Source of the DNA: an uncultured delta proteobacterium
GTDB lineage: Bacteria; Desulfobacterota; Desulfobacteria; Desulfobacterales; Desulfatirhabdiaceae
Direction of reading: 5' to 3'
DNA length: 64,000 nt
Assembly (NCBI GenBank): GCA_963789395.1
Contig: CAWBKP010000013.1
Coordinates: forward strand, 160,001-224,000
Part shown: piece by piece, positions 41,386-50,662 of the stretch
How the letters are laid out: each line of letters begins with the position of its first letter
How positions within the stretch are numbered: the stretch's first letter is position 1
Position numbers and translations under genes: made by a program
Notes under the pieces: generated by a model
Database searches by the model: none
What the model was told of the DNA's origin: nothing
The model's input: the letters and a program-made list of their open reading frames with translations, nothing else

Positions 41386-42556
41386 TTATGCCTCCGTCCA
41401 CGGCAGTCCGCAGCGATTCAGCTCTTCCATAAAGGGATCCGGGTCGAATTCTTCGACATTGAAAACGCCTTTTCCCTTCCATTTTCCGGTCAGCATCATC
41501 ATGGCGCCGATCATGGTTGGAACGCCGGTGGTGTAGGATATGGCCTGGGCTTTTATTTCCCGGAAGCATTCCGCGTGATCACAGACGTTGTAGATGAAAT
41601 ATTTCTTGAATTTCCCATTTTTGACGCCTTCGATCATGCAGCCGATACAGGTTTTGCCGGTATAGCCTGCGGCAAGGGAAGAAGGCTCAGGCAGCAGGGC
41701 TTTTAAGAACTGAAGCGGAACAATGTCGATTCCCTGATATTTCACCGGATCGATGCGGGTCATCCCGACATTTTGAAGCACCCGAAGATGGGTGAGATAT
41801 TCCTTGACCGAACGTCATCCAGAAGCGCATCCGTTTGATTCCGGGAATGTTTTTGGCAAGGGATTCCATTTCCTCGTGGTACATCAAATACATTTCCCGT
41901 ACGCCGACCTGGGGAAAATCAAAAGGTTTGTGGATGGACAGGGGGTCGGTTTCGATCCACTGTCCGTTTTCATAGTATTTCCCCTTTGCCGTGACTTCCC
42001 GGATGTTGATTTCGGGGTTGAAATTGGTGGCAAAGGGATGGCCATGATCGCCGGCATTGCAGTCCATGATATCGATGGTATGGATTTCATCAAAATGATG
42101 TTTTAAGGCATGGGCGCAGAAAATATTGGTCACCCCGGGGTCAAACCCGCACCCCAGAAGGGCCATGATGCCTTTTTTCTGAAACCGCTCCTGATAATCC
42201 CACTGCCATTTGTAGCAGAACTTGGCTTCGTCCGGGGGCTCGTAATTGGCCGTATCCAGATAATCGACCCCGGTTTCCAGGCAGGCGTCCATGATGCTGA
42301 GGTCCTGATAGGGCAGGGCGACATTGATAACCAGATCCGGCAAAACCCTTTTGATCAGGGCCGAGACTTCATGGGAATGGTCGGCATCCACCTGCGCGAT
42401 TTCAATCGGCATGGCAATTTGTTTCTGAATGGCCTCGCATTTGGCCAGGGTCCGGCTGGCCAGGACGATTTCGGAAAACACTTCCGGGTGCTGAGCGCAT
42501 TTATGGGTGACAACAGCGCCGACCCCGCCGGCGCCGATGATAAGAACTTTACTCAT
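41386..42556 (-). CDS. Carboxy(nor)spermidine dehydrogenase, saccharopine dehydrogenase family (+1 frameshift near 41803)
   Basis: GAGGVG, YLDTANYE, GFDPG and ATNFNPEIN motifs; the frames join as FWMTFGQ/EYLTHLRVLQNVG. Confidence 0.9.
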
Positions 42557-42830
42557 GGACGGATTCCTTTAAATGAAATTAGCAGGAAGAAAACGCTGCC
42601 ATTTGTCGTTGTGATGTTCATGATCATGGCCAGTGACGGATCCGGCGCATGTGTCGGTAAAACTATAGGAAGATCAAGGTCTGATGTCAATCAAGAAAGA
42701 GAAAAGAATTCGTGGAAACAGCTTCCAGTGAGGAACTTGCAGACAATGCATTATCCGCAATTTCAGGGTATTGAATCGGGAGGGCGGGCCCCAAAGGATT
42801 AACCGCCGGTTTTGGTGACCCGAAAGCCGC

Positions 42831-43832
42831 TCATTGGCCGGCAATACACCGGTGTAGTCTGTTCAGGATATCTGTCGGAGTTACATCCCATCCGATAAAG
42901 GCCAAGCGCGTTTCCGGGCCGCCTTCCCATTTTGACCATTCGCCTTTTCCGCCGACAAAATTGATGATTTCCGTACGATTATGGAATCGGACCGGGCCTT
43001 TCATTCGAAATACTTCCACAGGCAGCGCTTCCATAAAAAGACTGAAAAGCGTTGCATCGATAATCCGGGAGTCTTCAAAGGAAAATGTAACAAAATGATC
43101 AGAGGACTGGAAGGCATCTTGAAGTTTGGGCAGGTTTTGTAGAGAATTGTGAGAGGTGTCTTCCCGCGATGCTTCATGGTATGAATGCATGGGTTTTATT
43201 TCCATTTTACGCGGCATTGTCTGTGACCAGAAGATCTCCGGATCAACGCAACAGCGAACCGTGGGAACGACCTGGCAATCTGGAAAAACGTCATGTATTT
43301 CCTGCAAACATGCTGGAATTGATGCATTGTCCAACAGATCCACTTTGTTCAGCAGGATCAGGTTGGCGGTTTCAAGCTGTTTGTAAAAAATCTGGCCGAA
43401 GTTTTCGCGAGCTTCCCAAAGATCGGCATCTAAAACAGTCACAATTTTTTCCAGTTTCATGGATTCGGGCAAAGGCGATTCGCTTAACGCAGACAAGATG
43501 GCCGTCGGATCTGAAATGCCTGACGCCTCGATAAAAATACGTTTGGGCCGATACTGGTCCAATATTTTCAACAAAGACTGCTTCAAATCGTTTCGGAGTG
43601 AACAGCAGATACATCCGCTGACCAGTTCGATGACGTCAGATCCGGAATTTTTCAGCAAATCTCCGTCTATGCCCACATCCCCGAATTCGTTAACCAGCAC
43701 CACTGTATCGGACAAATCGGTTTCCCAGGAAAGGATGCGTTTTAATAAAGTGGTTTTACCCGAGCCGAGAAATCCGGAGAGAAGGAACACAAGGGTCTTT
43801 TGATCTGATTGTTGTGGCGCCGGTTGATTCAT
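42831..43832 (-). CDS. COG0523/CobW-family metallochaperone GTPase
   Basis: GFLGSGKTT, NEFG, GCICC, EASG, NKVD and RMKG motifs. Confidence 0.9.
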   Translation of the reverse strand: MNQPAPQQSDQKTLVFLLSGFLGSGKTTLLKRILSWETDLSDTVVLVNEFGDVGIDGDLLKNSGSDVIELVSGCICCSLRNDLKQSLLKILDQYRPKRIFIEASGISDPTAILSALSESPLPESMKLEKIVTVLDADLWEARENFGQIFYKQLETANLILLNKVDLLDNASIPACLQEIHDVFPDCQVVPTVRCCVDPEIFWSQTMPRKMEIKPMHSYHEASREDTSHNSLQNLPKLQDAFQSSDHFVTFSFEDSRIIDATLFSLFMEALPVEVFRMKGPVRFHNRTEIINFVGGKGEWSKWEGGPETRLAFIGWDVTPTDILNRLHRCIAGQ

Positions 43833-43874
43833 GGTTTTCCTGTTTATTTGCACGGCGGTGAGAATACAAAAACC

Positions 43875-44621
43875 TTAATCCAGTGGTGTTGGGTCAACAT
43901 TTATTGTTCTAACCTCGTAATAGGTATTGACAGACATTCCGGCAAACAAAACAGCGCCGGGGCAGGGGATTACCAATTTTTTCTTGAACTTTTCACCGAT
44001 GATATTGAAAAACTCCAGACAGGCAGAGCATACCTGCTTGGTCATGCCAATGGAGTAAGGGACAGGACCTTCTTCTGACTCGATATAATAATCCGGTTCT
44101 ATGAAATTGGCATGATTGGCACATTGGAAGGCAAAGAGTTCTTTGAAGGTTACGCCGCGTATACCCATAACATTCAGCCAGCGCGACTGCATCTTGTCAT
44201 CCATCGATTCAATATCCTTAAAAGCAGGCGGACATGAGCACGTAAAACTCTTCCTCTCAAACAGTCCCATGATCTTTCCTTTGTCTGACCCCGGCAGATC
44301 CATGGGCTTGAATTTAACCTTTGAGATGACGGTCGCAGGTTTGAAATCGAAACCGTACGCGTTGATATCCGTTTCGCTGATCAGTAGATACTGGCCTGAA
44401 AATCGGGATGTGCCATACCAGGAAAGCTGTCTTTTGCAGAGTTCAAAATTCGACCATGCTTCCGGCGGAACATAACCCAATGCAATTTTACTGGATAAAG
44501 GCAGGCAGGCTGCCTTTCTGGTTTCTTGCAGCGAGATTCCCATTTCAGAGAATTTATTCTGCACAAAAAGAAAGGCCTGCTTGTCCAACCAATAAGAGAA
44601 CTTCGTGTAGATGCCGGTCAT
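43875..44621 (-). CDS. Hypothetical protein with Cys/His motifs
   Basis: 248-aa ORF within the operon; CANHAN, CSAC and PCPG motifs. Confidence 0.7.
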   Translation of the reverse strand: MTGIYTKFSYWLDKQAFLFVQNKFSEMGISLQETRKAACLPLSSKIALGYVPPEAWSNFELCKRQLSWYGTSRFSGQYLLISETDINAYGFDFKPATVISKVKFKPMDLPGSDKGKIMGLFERKSFTCSCPPAFKDIESMDDKMQSRWLNVMGIRGVTFKELFAFQCANHANFIEPDYYIESEEGPVPYSIGMTKQVCSACLEFFNIIGEKFKKKLVIPCPGAVLFAGMSVNTYYEVRTINVDPTPLD

Positions 44622-44703
44622 CCTGGAAACCCGTAATCCGTTTCAAATTTCAATGAATTCAGATCTTCTCCATATATTTCATCCGCCCGGTGTCGATGTA
44701 TCA

Positions 44704-46140
44704 TCAATCGCTGCTTGCCGGCTCTTTGGCTTTATTTTCATCATCTTTTTTCTTCTTTTTGGCGGCTGCCTCCGCATCTGCTCTTTCAAAAACATCATAT
44801 CCCAGGAGCGATTCGGCGATATAGGCGGACAGATCCTTCATCACGATGTCGGATGCCGATGAGGAGACGCCGACCTGCAGTCCCTGATAGCAGAAAGGGC
44901 AGCAAGAAACCAGTTCTTTGGCGCCCGTCTCTTCTGCTTCTTTGACCCGCCGCTGGGCCATCTTGTTCTGGATATCCGGGTACCCGGCTTTTAATCCGCC
45001 GCCTGCGCCGCAACAGCGTGAATATTCCCTGTTTCTTGGCATTTCGATCAGTTTGAGCCCGGGGATGGCATTCATAATCAGCCTTGGCGCATCAAAGCCC
45101 CCGGTTGCACGGCCCAGATGACAGGGATCATGGTAGGTGCAGGTTCTGTTGACCGGGTGGGGAAATGTCAGTTTGCCCTGCTTTAACAACCGGGCCAGAT
45201 ATTCCACGGTATGCAGGACTTCAAAATTCAATTTCCCGACTTTCGGATAGTCCTGCATGATGGTTTTAAAACAGCCGGAACAGGAACTGATCAGGGTTTC
45301 AATACCCAGGCTGTTGAATTGATCGATATTTTCCTGAAACAGCCGCTTATGCTCCGGATCACCCATTCTGAGCAGCACGCTTCCGCAGCATTTTTCGTCT
45401 TTGCCGAGAACCCCGTAATCAATGTTCAGTGTTTCGAGAATGTTTATGGTATTGATGGCAACCTGCTTGACATTGGCATCGTAGGATGCCGTGCATCCGA
45501 AAAAAAGCAGGACCTTTCCCTTTGACTTGACAATTTCCCTCGGCTCTTCGGCGATAAGATTGTCTTTTTTAGCGCGCCGCGACCATTTGGTTCTGCCGGT
45601 ACGGGGTTGCTGCCACGGGTTATCATAGGTTATGACGCTTTTTCGAAGCGCCTTCTGAGGCTCCAGGGGTCCGTAACCTGCGCTGACAATCAGTCTTCGC
45701 AGATCCTCCCAGAGATTTACCGTATCGATATGTGCCGGACAGACCACTTCGCACTGGCCGCAGGTGGAGCACTCATACAAATTGGCAACAAAGGCTTTGA
45801 TTTGTTCTTCTGTCACCTCCTGATAGCCGAAGAGACTCCGGATCACTTTCTTAAAAGATTCCCCGACTTTTTCACTTTTCATGATTTTAGCCAGAAATCC
45901 ATTCTGAGATCTGGCGATTTTAAGAAAATCGATGACTTTTCGCCGGGGAACGATATCTTCTTTGGCGTCCTGATCGTAAACGGGGCACCAGGAAAGACAT
46001 TCGCCGCATCGGGTGCAGGCGTCAAGCGCGATTAACCGTTTTATATCCAGATTGTGGATGGGTATCTGTCTGACGGCTTCCTCGCTGGCTGTTTTTTCCG
46101 GTGAGGCATCAGGGATTTTTTCTTCTGTGGTCATTTTCAC
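44704..46140 (-). CDS. HdrD/GlpC-type Fe-S oxidoreductase (2x[4Fe-4S] plus 2 CCG domains)
   Basis: CTRCGECLSWCP, CSTCGQCEVVCP, CCG, CSGC, YHDPCHLGR and CCGAGGG motifs. Confidence 0.9.
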   Translation of the reverse strand: MKMTTEEKIPDASPEKTASEEAVRQIPIHNLDIKRLIALDACTRCGECLSWCPVYDQDAKEDIVPRRKVIDFLKIARSQNGFLAKIMKSEKVGESFKKVIRSLFGYQEVTEEQIKAFVANLYECSTCGQCEVVCPAHIDTVNLWEDLRRLIVSAGYGPLEPQKALRKSVITYDNPWQQPRTGRTKWSRRAKKDNLIAEEPREIVKSKGKVLLFFGCTASYDANVKQVAINTINILETLNIDYGVLGKDEKCCGSVLLRMGDPEHKRLFQENIDQFNSLGIETLISSCSGCFKTIMQDYPKVGKLNFEVLHTVEYLARLLKQGKLTFPHPVNRTCTYHDPCHLGRATGGFDAPRLIMNAIPGLKLIEMPRNREYSRCCGAGGGLKAGYPDIQNKMAQRRVKEAEETGAKELVSCCPFCYQGLQVGVSSSASDIVMKDLSAYIAESLLGYDVFERADAEAAAKKKKKDDENKAKEPASSD

Positions 46141-46172
46141 TACCTTTATAAAATAATAATTATACGCTGATG

Positions 46173-47639
46173 TTATATCCGTTTCTCATTCTTGACGCCA
46201 GACACCGCTTCCAGAGCATAAGTCAGGGGGGTGTTGAAGATATGCCGCATCTTACCGAATGGCAGATAGGCAACGAACAGCGCGCCGACGATTCCATGTG
46301 CATACCACAGGTATGGATAAATTGATGCCCAGTTCAAATCAAAGACGGAGAAAACCTTCGACAGGGGATATCCGACAAAGGAATAGATTGCCGTTTGATC
46401 GGATATGCCGGTGGACAGTATCCGCACCCCTTCAAGAAAGAAGCCGAGCAGGATCAGAATCCCGATAATCGCAAGCGCAATGTTGTCCTGGTATTCCGAT
46501 ACAACATGATCCGGTTTGGTGACGAATCGCCTTACCACGGCCCAGATGATGCCAAGAAGGATAAAAAGTCCCAGAAGGTCGTTGGCAAAAGCGGTGAACG
46601 GGTTGTTCTTGTCGATCAGGACCAGAGACCAATCCCCATCGGGATTGAAATAAAAGACAAGAGCGGTAAAAAGACTTAACAAAAAGCGCATTAATATTGC
46701 GGAAAATATCAATGAATGCATGGACCAGCGTCCAATACTTTCTTTAAGAATTCTTCTCTGGAATATAATGTCCAGAACAAACATTTTTGACAGGGAGAAT
46801 ATCTGTCTTGAAAAAATAATATTCCAAATGGATTCGGAACTTAAACTGATCTTTCGGTGCAGCGAGTTCTCCTCGCCCTGAACACTGCCAAGATACCAGA
46901 AGCGCAGGGTAGCCAGAACGCCTGCAAGGAAAATAAGCATTGCCGCGCCGAAGATCGGATGGCCCATGGACAGGGGCGAATTATGGCAGACAATGCAAAG
47001 GGCGCTTTTTGAAGGCAGCACGGCAGCAGGCGCGCCAACTGGATTGCCGGAAAAATGGCATTTTTCGCATGATTTCAAATCGCTGACATCCGCAGGAGCG
47101 TGATCTGAAAGGCTTACCGGCTTGGAATTCAAATCCATTCGGGCCAGCTTGACACGGTCGTCTTTGGGATCGAGCTGAACGGACTGGGATTTGAAATGGC
47201 AGGCCTGGCAACTGACCCTCAGGTGCGGATCATGGGCCGTGCCTTCTCCGTGAACGGAATGACACTCAAGGCAGGTGGCGCCTGTTACCGTTTTATGGGG
47301 TGAACGGGCTACGTCCGCGTGGCATTTGACACAGGCGATAAACTGGTGCCGCTTCTGATTTTTGTTGAAATCTTCCGGCAGAACCTGGAGCGTGATGTCT
47401 GTGCCGTCAATTTTTCTGACACAGGTTTTTTCCCTGTGGCAATTGTAGCATAAGGCGTTGGCGGCAAAAACGCCCTCGTTGCTGTTGACATTGGGGGATC
47501 TGTGACAATCCAGGCAGACCAGCGGCTTTGTTCCGGAATCATTTGGGGGGGCAGTCTGTTTTTTCATCAGATTCAAGCCCGCCAGCGTTATCAACAGTAC
47601 AACACCGGCAACAATAGAGATAGTCGTTTTCGAATTCAT
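46173..47639 (-). CDS. Multiheme cytochrome c (7 CxxCH) fused to a NarI/TmcC-like cytochrome b domain
   Basis: CLDCH, CYNCH, CVKCH, CLECH, CQACH, CEKCH, CIVCH, then a membrane domain ending WYAH..YLPFGKMRHIF. Confidence 0.85.
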   Translation of the reverse strand: MNSKTTISIVAGVVLLITLAGLNLMKKQTAPPNDSGTKPLVCLDCHRSPNVNSNEGVFAANALCYNCHREKTCVRKIDGTDITLQVLPEDFNKNQKRHQFIACVKCHADVARSPHKTVTGATCLECHSVHGEGTAHDPHLRVSCQACHFKSQSVQLDPKDDRVKLARMDLNSKPVSLSDHAPADVSDLKSCEKCHFSGNPVGAPAAVLPSKSALCIVCHNSPLSMGHPIFGAAMLIFLAGVLATLRFWYLGSVQGEENSLHRKISLSSESIWNIIFSRQIFSLSKMFVLDIIFQRRILKESIGRWSMHSLIFSAILMRFLLSLFTALVFYFNPDGDWSLVLIDKNNPFTAFANDLLGLFILLGIIWAVVRRFVTKPDHVVSEYQDNIALAIIGILILLGFFLEGVRILSTGISDQTAIYSFVGYPLSKVFSVFDLNWASIYPYLWYAHGIVGALFVAYLPFGKMRHIFNTPLTYALEAVSGVKNEKRI

Positions 47640-47683
47640 AAAGAAGTTCCCACTCTTTCGATTGTTATAATATTGAAGGCCGG

Positions 47684-48385
47684 TTAATCCTTAAGAGGCT
47701 TGATGCGCTTCCACTCTTCAGGGTGTTCTGCCGCGAGTTTTTCTTTTGTGATTTTTCCATTGAAAATTGATTTCTCCAAAGGGAAAACCTCCGGCAGAAG
47801 ATGGGTGTCGGACATGTGCACGATACCGATGTACATGACGGCCAGTATGGCTTCATGGAAGTGGAAATGATTGGCGACATTGACAAAGTATCCGGGCAGT
47901 ATCGTTGAAAAATATTCAGGGAACCACATGATTAAGCCCGTTATGCCCATGCTCTGCATGCCGAGCATGACAGCCCAGTAATCCACTTTCTGAAGATAGC
48001 TGAAACGATCGAAAAGCGGCGGCGGGCCTTTGCCGAAAAAATACCTCAGGTTCTGGTACAGATCGGTTAAATCTTTGGAGCTTGGCACGAGGGAAGCGGG
48101 TCCGAAAAGAATTCCTTTCAGCGCGATCTTGTAATAGCAAAGCCAGAGGAGATGGACTATAATTCCAAGATAGAGAAAAACAGCACAGAAACGATGAAGG
48201 GAACCTGCTGCTGCGGCGCCTCCGATGATGGAGACCAGAAATTTTGTCCAGTTGTAGTGGCTCAGATTCAGCAAGAACCCGGTTATGGCCAGACCCGTAA
48301 AATTCACAATAATGACAATATGCAGCAACCTGTGCAGCACATGGAACCGCTGATAGTAATGCGTCTGGTTTGATTTCGTTTCCAT
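47684..48385 (-). CDS. Di-heme cytochrome b (FdnI/CbcL-type)
   Basis: RF..HRLLH..TG, LHR, KVDYWA, GLIMWFP and HFHEA..H motifs. Confidence 0.85.
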   Translation of the reverse strand: METKSNQTHYYQRFHVLHRLLHIVIIVNFTGLAITGFLLNLSHYNWTKFLVSIIGGAAAAGSLHRFCAVFLYLGIIVHLLWLCYYKIALKGILFGPASLVPSSKDLTDLYQNLRYFFGKGPPPLFDRFSYLQKVDYWAVMLGMQSMGITGLIMWFPEYFSTILPGYFVNVANHFHFHEAILAVMYIGIVHMSDTHLLPEVFPLEKSIFNGKITKEKLAAEHPEEWKRIKPLKD

Positions 48386-49266
48386 TAGTTATGCTTCCTC
48401 AATTTTTCGTGAATTTTCCTTAACAGTAACAAACAACTGTGGCTGTAAAAAAAGGCCAGAACCACAACAATAAAAACAAGTGAAATCAGGCTCAGGGTAT
48501 GAACCGTCCGAAGCGCAGACTTTTTTGTGTCGCTTTTATTGTCCATATCGGTTTTGCTGTCGTGGATGATGATGTCTGCAAATTGCGGCTGGGCATCCGG
48601 GTGACATCTCTGGCATGATTTCAGCGCAGCCCCTTTCTCTTTTAAAGAAGCACAGTGATGGGCGCCGTGGCAGTCGGTGCAGGAGGCGGATTTGTCAAAT
48701 CCCAGGTTGACCGCGGCTTTGCCATGGTAATTGGCAAGATAGCTTTTCATCTGGTCCGGATGGCAGGCGCCACAGGTCATTGTCATGGCTTTGTTGATTT
48801 GCGAACGGGAGAGATGCGATTTTGAGTAGTGTGCGGAGTGACAATCTCCGCAGACAGGAGCAGGGCCGGTTTTGGATGTCACACCGGTTTCCTTTTCTTT
48901 TGTCAGGGCTTTGGCATGTTCTCCCGAGAGAAATCGTTCATAGGAATTTTTATGGCATTTTTGGCAGCTCTGATAGTCAAAAACCCTTTTGACCTCTACC
49001 TTAAGAAAGTCCTTGGCCGTGGTATCCGGGTGGGGTTTTCCCATCTCTGTCATGGGGCCGTGACAATCCTCACATTTGATAGCGCCGTGGGCAGCGCTGG
49101 AAAAGCGGTTCATATCCACAAACCAGCCTGAATTGGAAGCGGGTACTGCCTTGCCCCAGGCATGGGGAAGCTCAAAAAATGCCTGTAAGGATAACCCCAC
49201 CATCAGCAGAGAAAAGATCAATTTGATTTTAAACCCTGAAATATTGTTAACTGATCCTGTTCGCAA
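48385..49266 (-). CDS. Multiheme cytochrome c (6 CxxCH) with C-terminal membrane anchor
   Basis: CEDCH, CQKCH, CGDCH, CGACH, CTDCH, CQRCH; signal peptide; TAATG coupling to the next gene. Confidence 0.88.
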   Translation of the reverse strand: MRTGSVNNISGFKIKLIFSLLMVGLSLQAFFELPHAWGKAVPASNSGWFVDMNRFSSAAHGAIKCEDCHGPMTEMGKPHPDTTAKDFLKVEVKRVFDYQSCQKCHKNSYERFLSGEHAKALTKEKETGVTSKTGPAPVCGDCHSAHYSKSHLSRSQINKAMTMTCGACHPDQMKSYLANYHGKAAVNLGFDKSASCTDCHGAHHCASLKEKGAALKSCQRCHPDAQPQFADIIIHDSKTDMDNKSDTKKSALRTVHTLSLISLVFIVVVLAFFYSHSCLLLLRKIHEKLRKHN

Positions 49267-49324
49267 TTTAATCTCCTGTTGTGATTGTTAACGCTGTTCC
49301 ATCTGCCGGTTAAGAGTAAAATTG

Positions 49325-50650
49325 TTATTGCCGTGTACTATCATGGATGGGGGCTTGAAAATATAAATAAAAAAAAGACATGGACAATCGGTGCAGCAGA
49401 TCAAAAACCGAAGTCGCCAAGTCCAGCGTGTCCAGATGATGATCCACGGCCGATTTGATTTTTCGAAGCGCTGCCGTAGTCTGTCTGGCATACTGAACCA
49501 TCATTTCAGCCATGCCGGGAATAACTTCAAACGCTTCTTGCTTTTCAAGCAGTTTGATCCGCTTCCACATGGATTCAAGAAAAACCCTGACTTTCTCAGG
49601 ATCGTAAACTTTTTTGCCGATTAACCAGCGAATGGGCAAAAATTCCAGACTGGATGCCGCAATCCTGGAATTGCTCAGTTCACGTCTGAGTTCTCTGACC
49701 AAATCCCGGGCTTTTTCCCCGGATAGGATTTCAGTTCGGCCGGTGAATTTGAGCGTTCCGGCAGTTGTGTTTGGCATGCCATTGCATTTTCCCGTCTCCC
49801 AGAAAATTGCATCCGCAACACATTTGTTGGCATAGGGGTAATCGGGATGTTCCAGATGGGGGCCGAACAGATAGAAACAGCCTTTGCCCGAAGGGATGCG
49901 GACGATTGCTGCCTGTCCGATCAGGGTTTTTGAAGCAATCGCCTCGCTGACAAGAAAGGATGTCTTTTCGGTAAAGCCGCAGTAATAAGCAAGGACTGTG
50001 GACGGATCAGAGACGTTCATGCCGGGGCCACCGTATAAGGGAGCATTGAATTCGGAAATGGCGGCAAATGCTCCGGCGGTTTTTAAGCGGATTTCTTCCC
50101 GGACCGGATGAAACACAAAATCACATCCATATGACGAGCAGGATTTACAGGAATCTTTCAGAAATTCAGGCAGCGTTTTACTTAAATTGGTGATTTTTAC
50201 ATCGACAAAATTGAACATGTCCAATGGCTTTTTCGATGAATTCATGGGAAGGTATGCCCCGGCGCAGGAACCGATATAAATCCCGCCCTGTGCAACAAAG
50301 GATTTGATTTTATCGGCTCCCTGACGGCCTATGGATTCTGCGACCGCAAACGTATCGCCTCCGGATATCACCATGACATCCAGGGGTTGTAATCCGTCTG
50401 CCTTTATGGCTGCCTCATCCAAAAATGCCAGATCGAAAAAACCCATGTTCTCAAACATGTCCACAAACCAGAGCCAGGAGTGCGAAGATCCGCTTCCAGC
50501 ATAGATGCCGATTTTAGGATAGCGCATCAGCCTGCATTCAGGGCTTGGGACAGCTGAAAACCGCAGATCATCACCTGCCTTGCGGATATATCGAAGCTTT
50601 CCCTGCGACAATTCAAGGTTGATATCTGCATAGGGTTGGAAGAAATTCAT
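49325..50650 (-). CDS. BPL_N / class I glutamine-amidotransferase-like domain protein
   Basis: IGIYAG, SGGD, GGIYIGSCAGAY and GPHLE motifs. Confidence 0.75.
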   Translation of the reverse strand: MNFFQPYADINLELSQGKLRYIRKAGDDLRFSAVPSPECRLMRYPKIGIYAGSGSSHSWLWFVDMFENMGFFDLAFLDEAAIKADGLQPLDVMVISGGDTFAVAESIGRQGADKIKSFVAQGGIYIGSCAGAYLPMNSSKKPLDMFNFVDVKITNLSKTLPEFLKDSCKSCSSYGCDFVFHPVREEIRLKTAGAFAAISEFNAPLYGGPGMNVSDPSTVLAYYCGFTEKTSFLVSEAIASKTLIGQAAIVRIPSGKGCFYLFGPHLEHPDYPYANKCVADAIFWETGKCNGMPNTTAGTLKFTGRTEILSGEKARDLVRELRRELSNSRIAASSLEFLPIRWLIGKKVYDPEKVRVFLESMWKRIKLLEKQEAFEVIPGMAEMMVQYARQTTAALRKIKSAVDHHLDTLDLATSVFDLLHRLSMSFFYLYFQAPIHDSTRQ

Positions 50651-50662
50651 AAAAAAACACCA

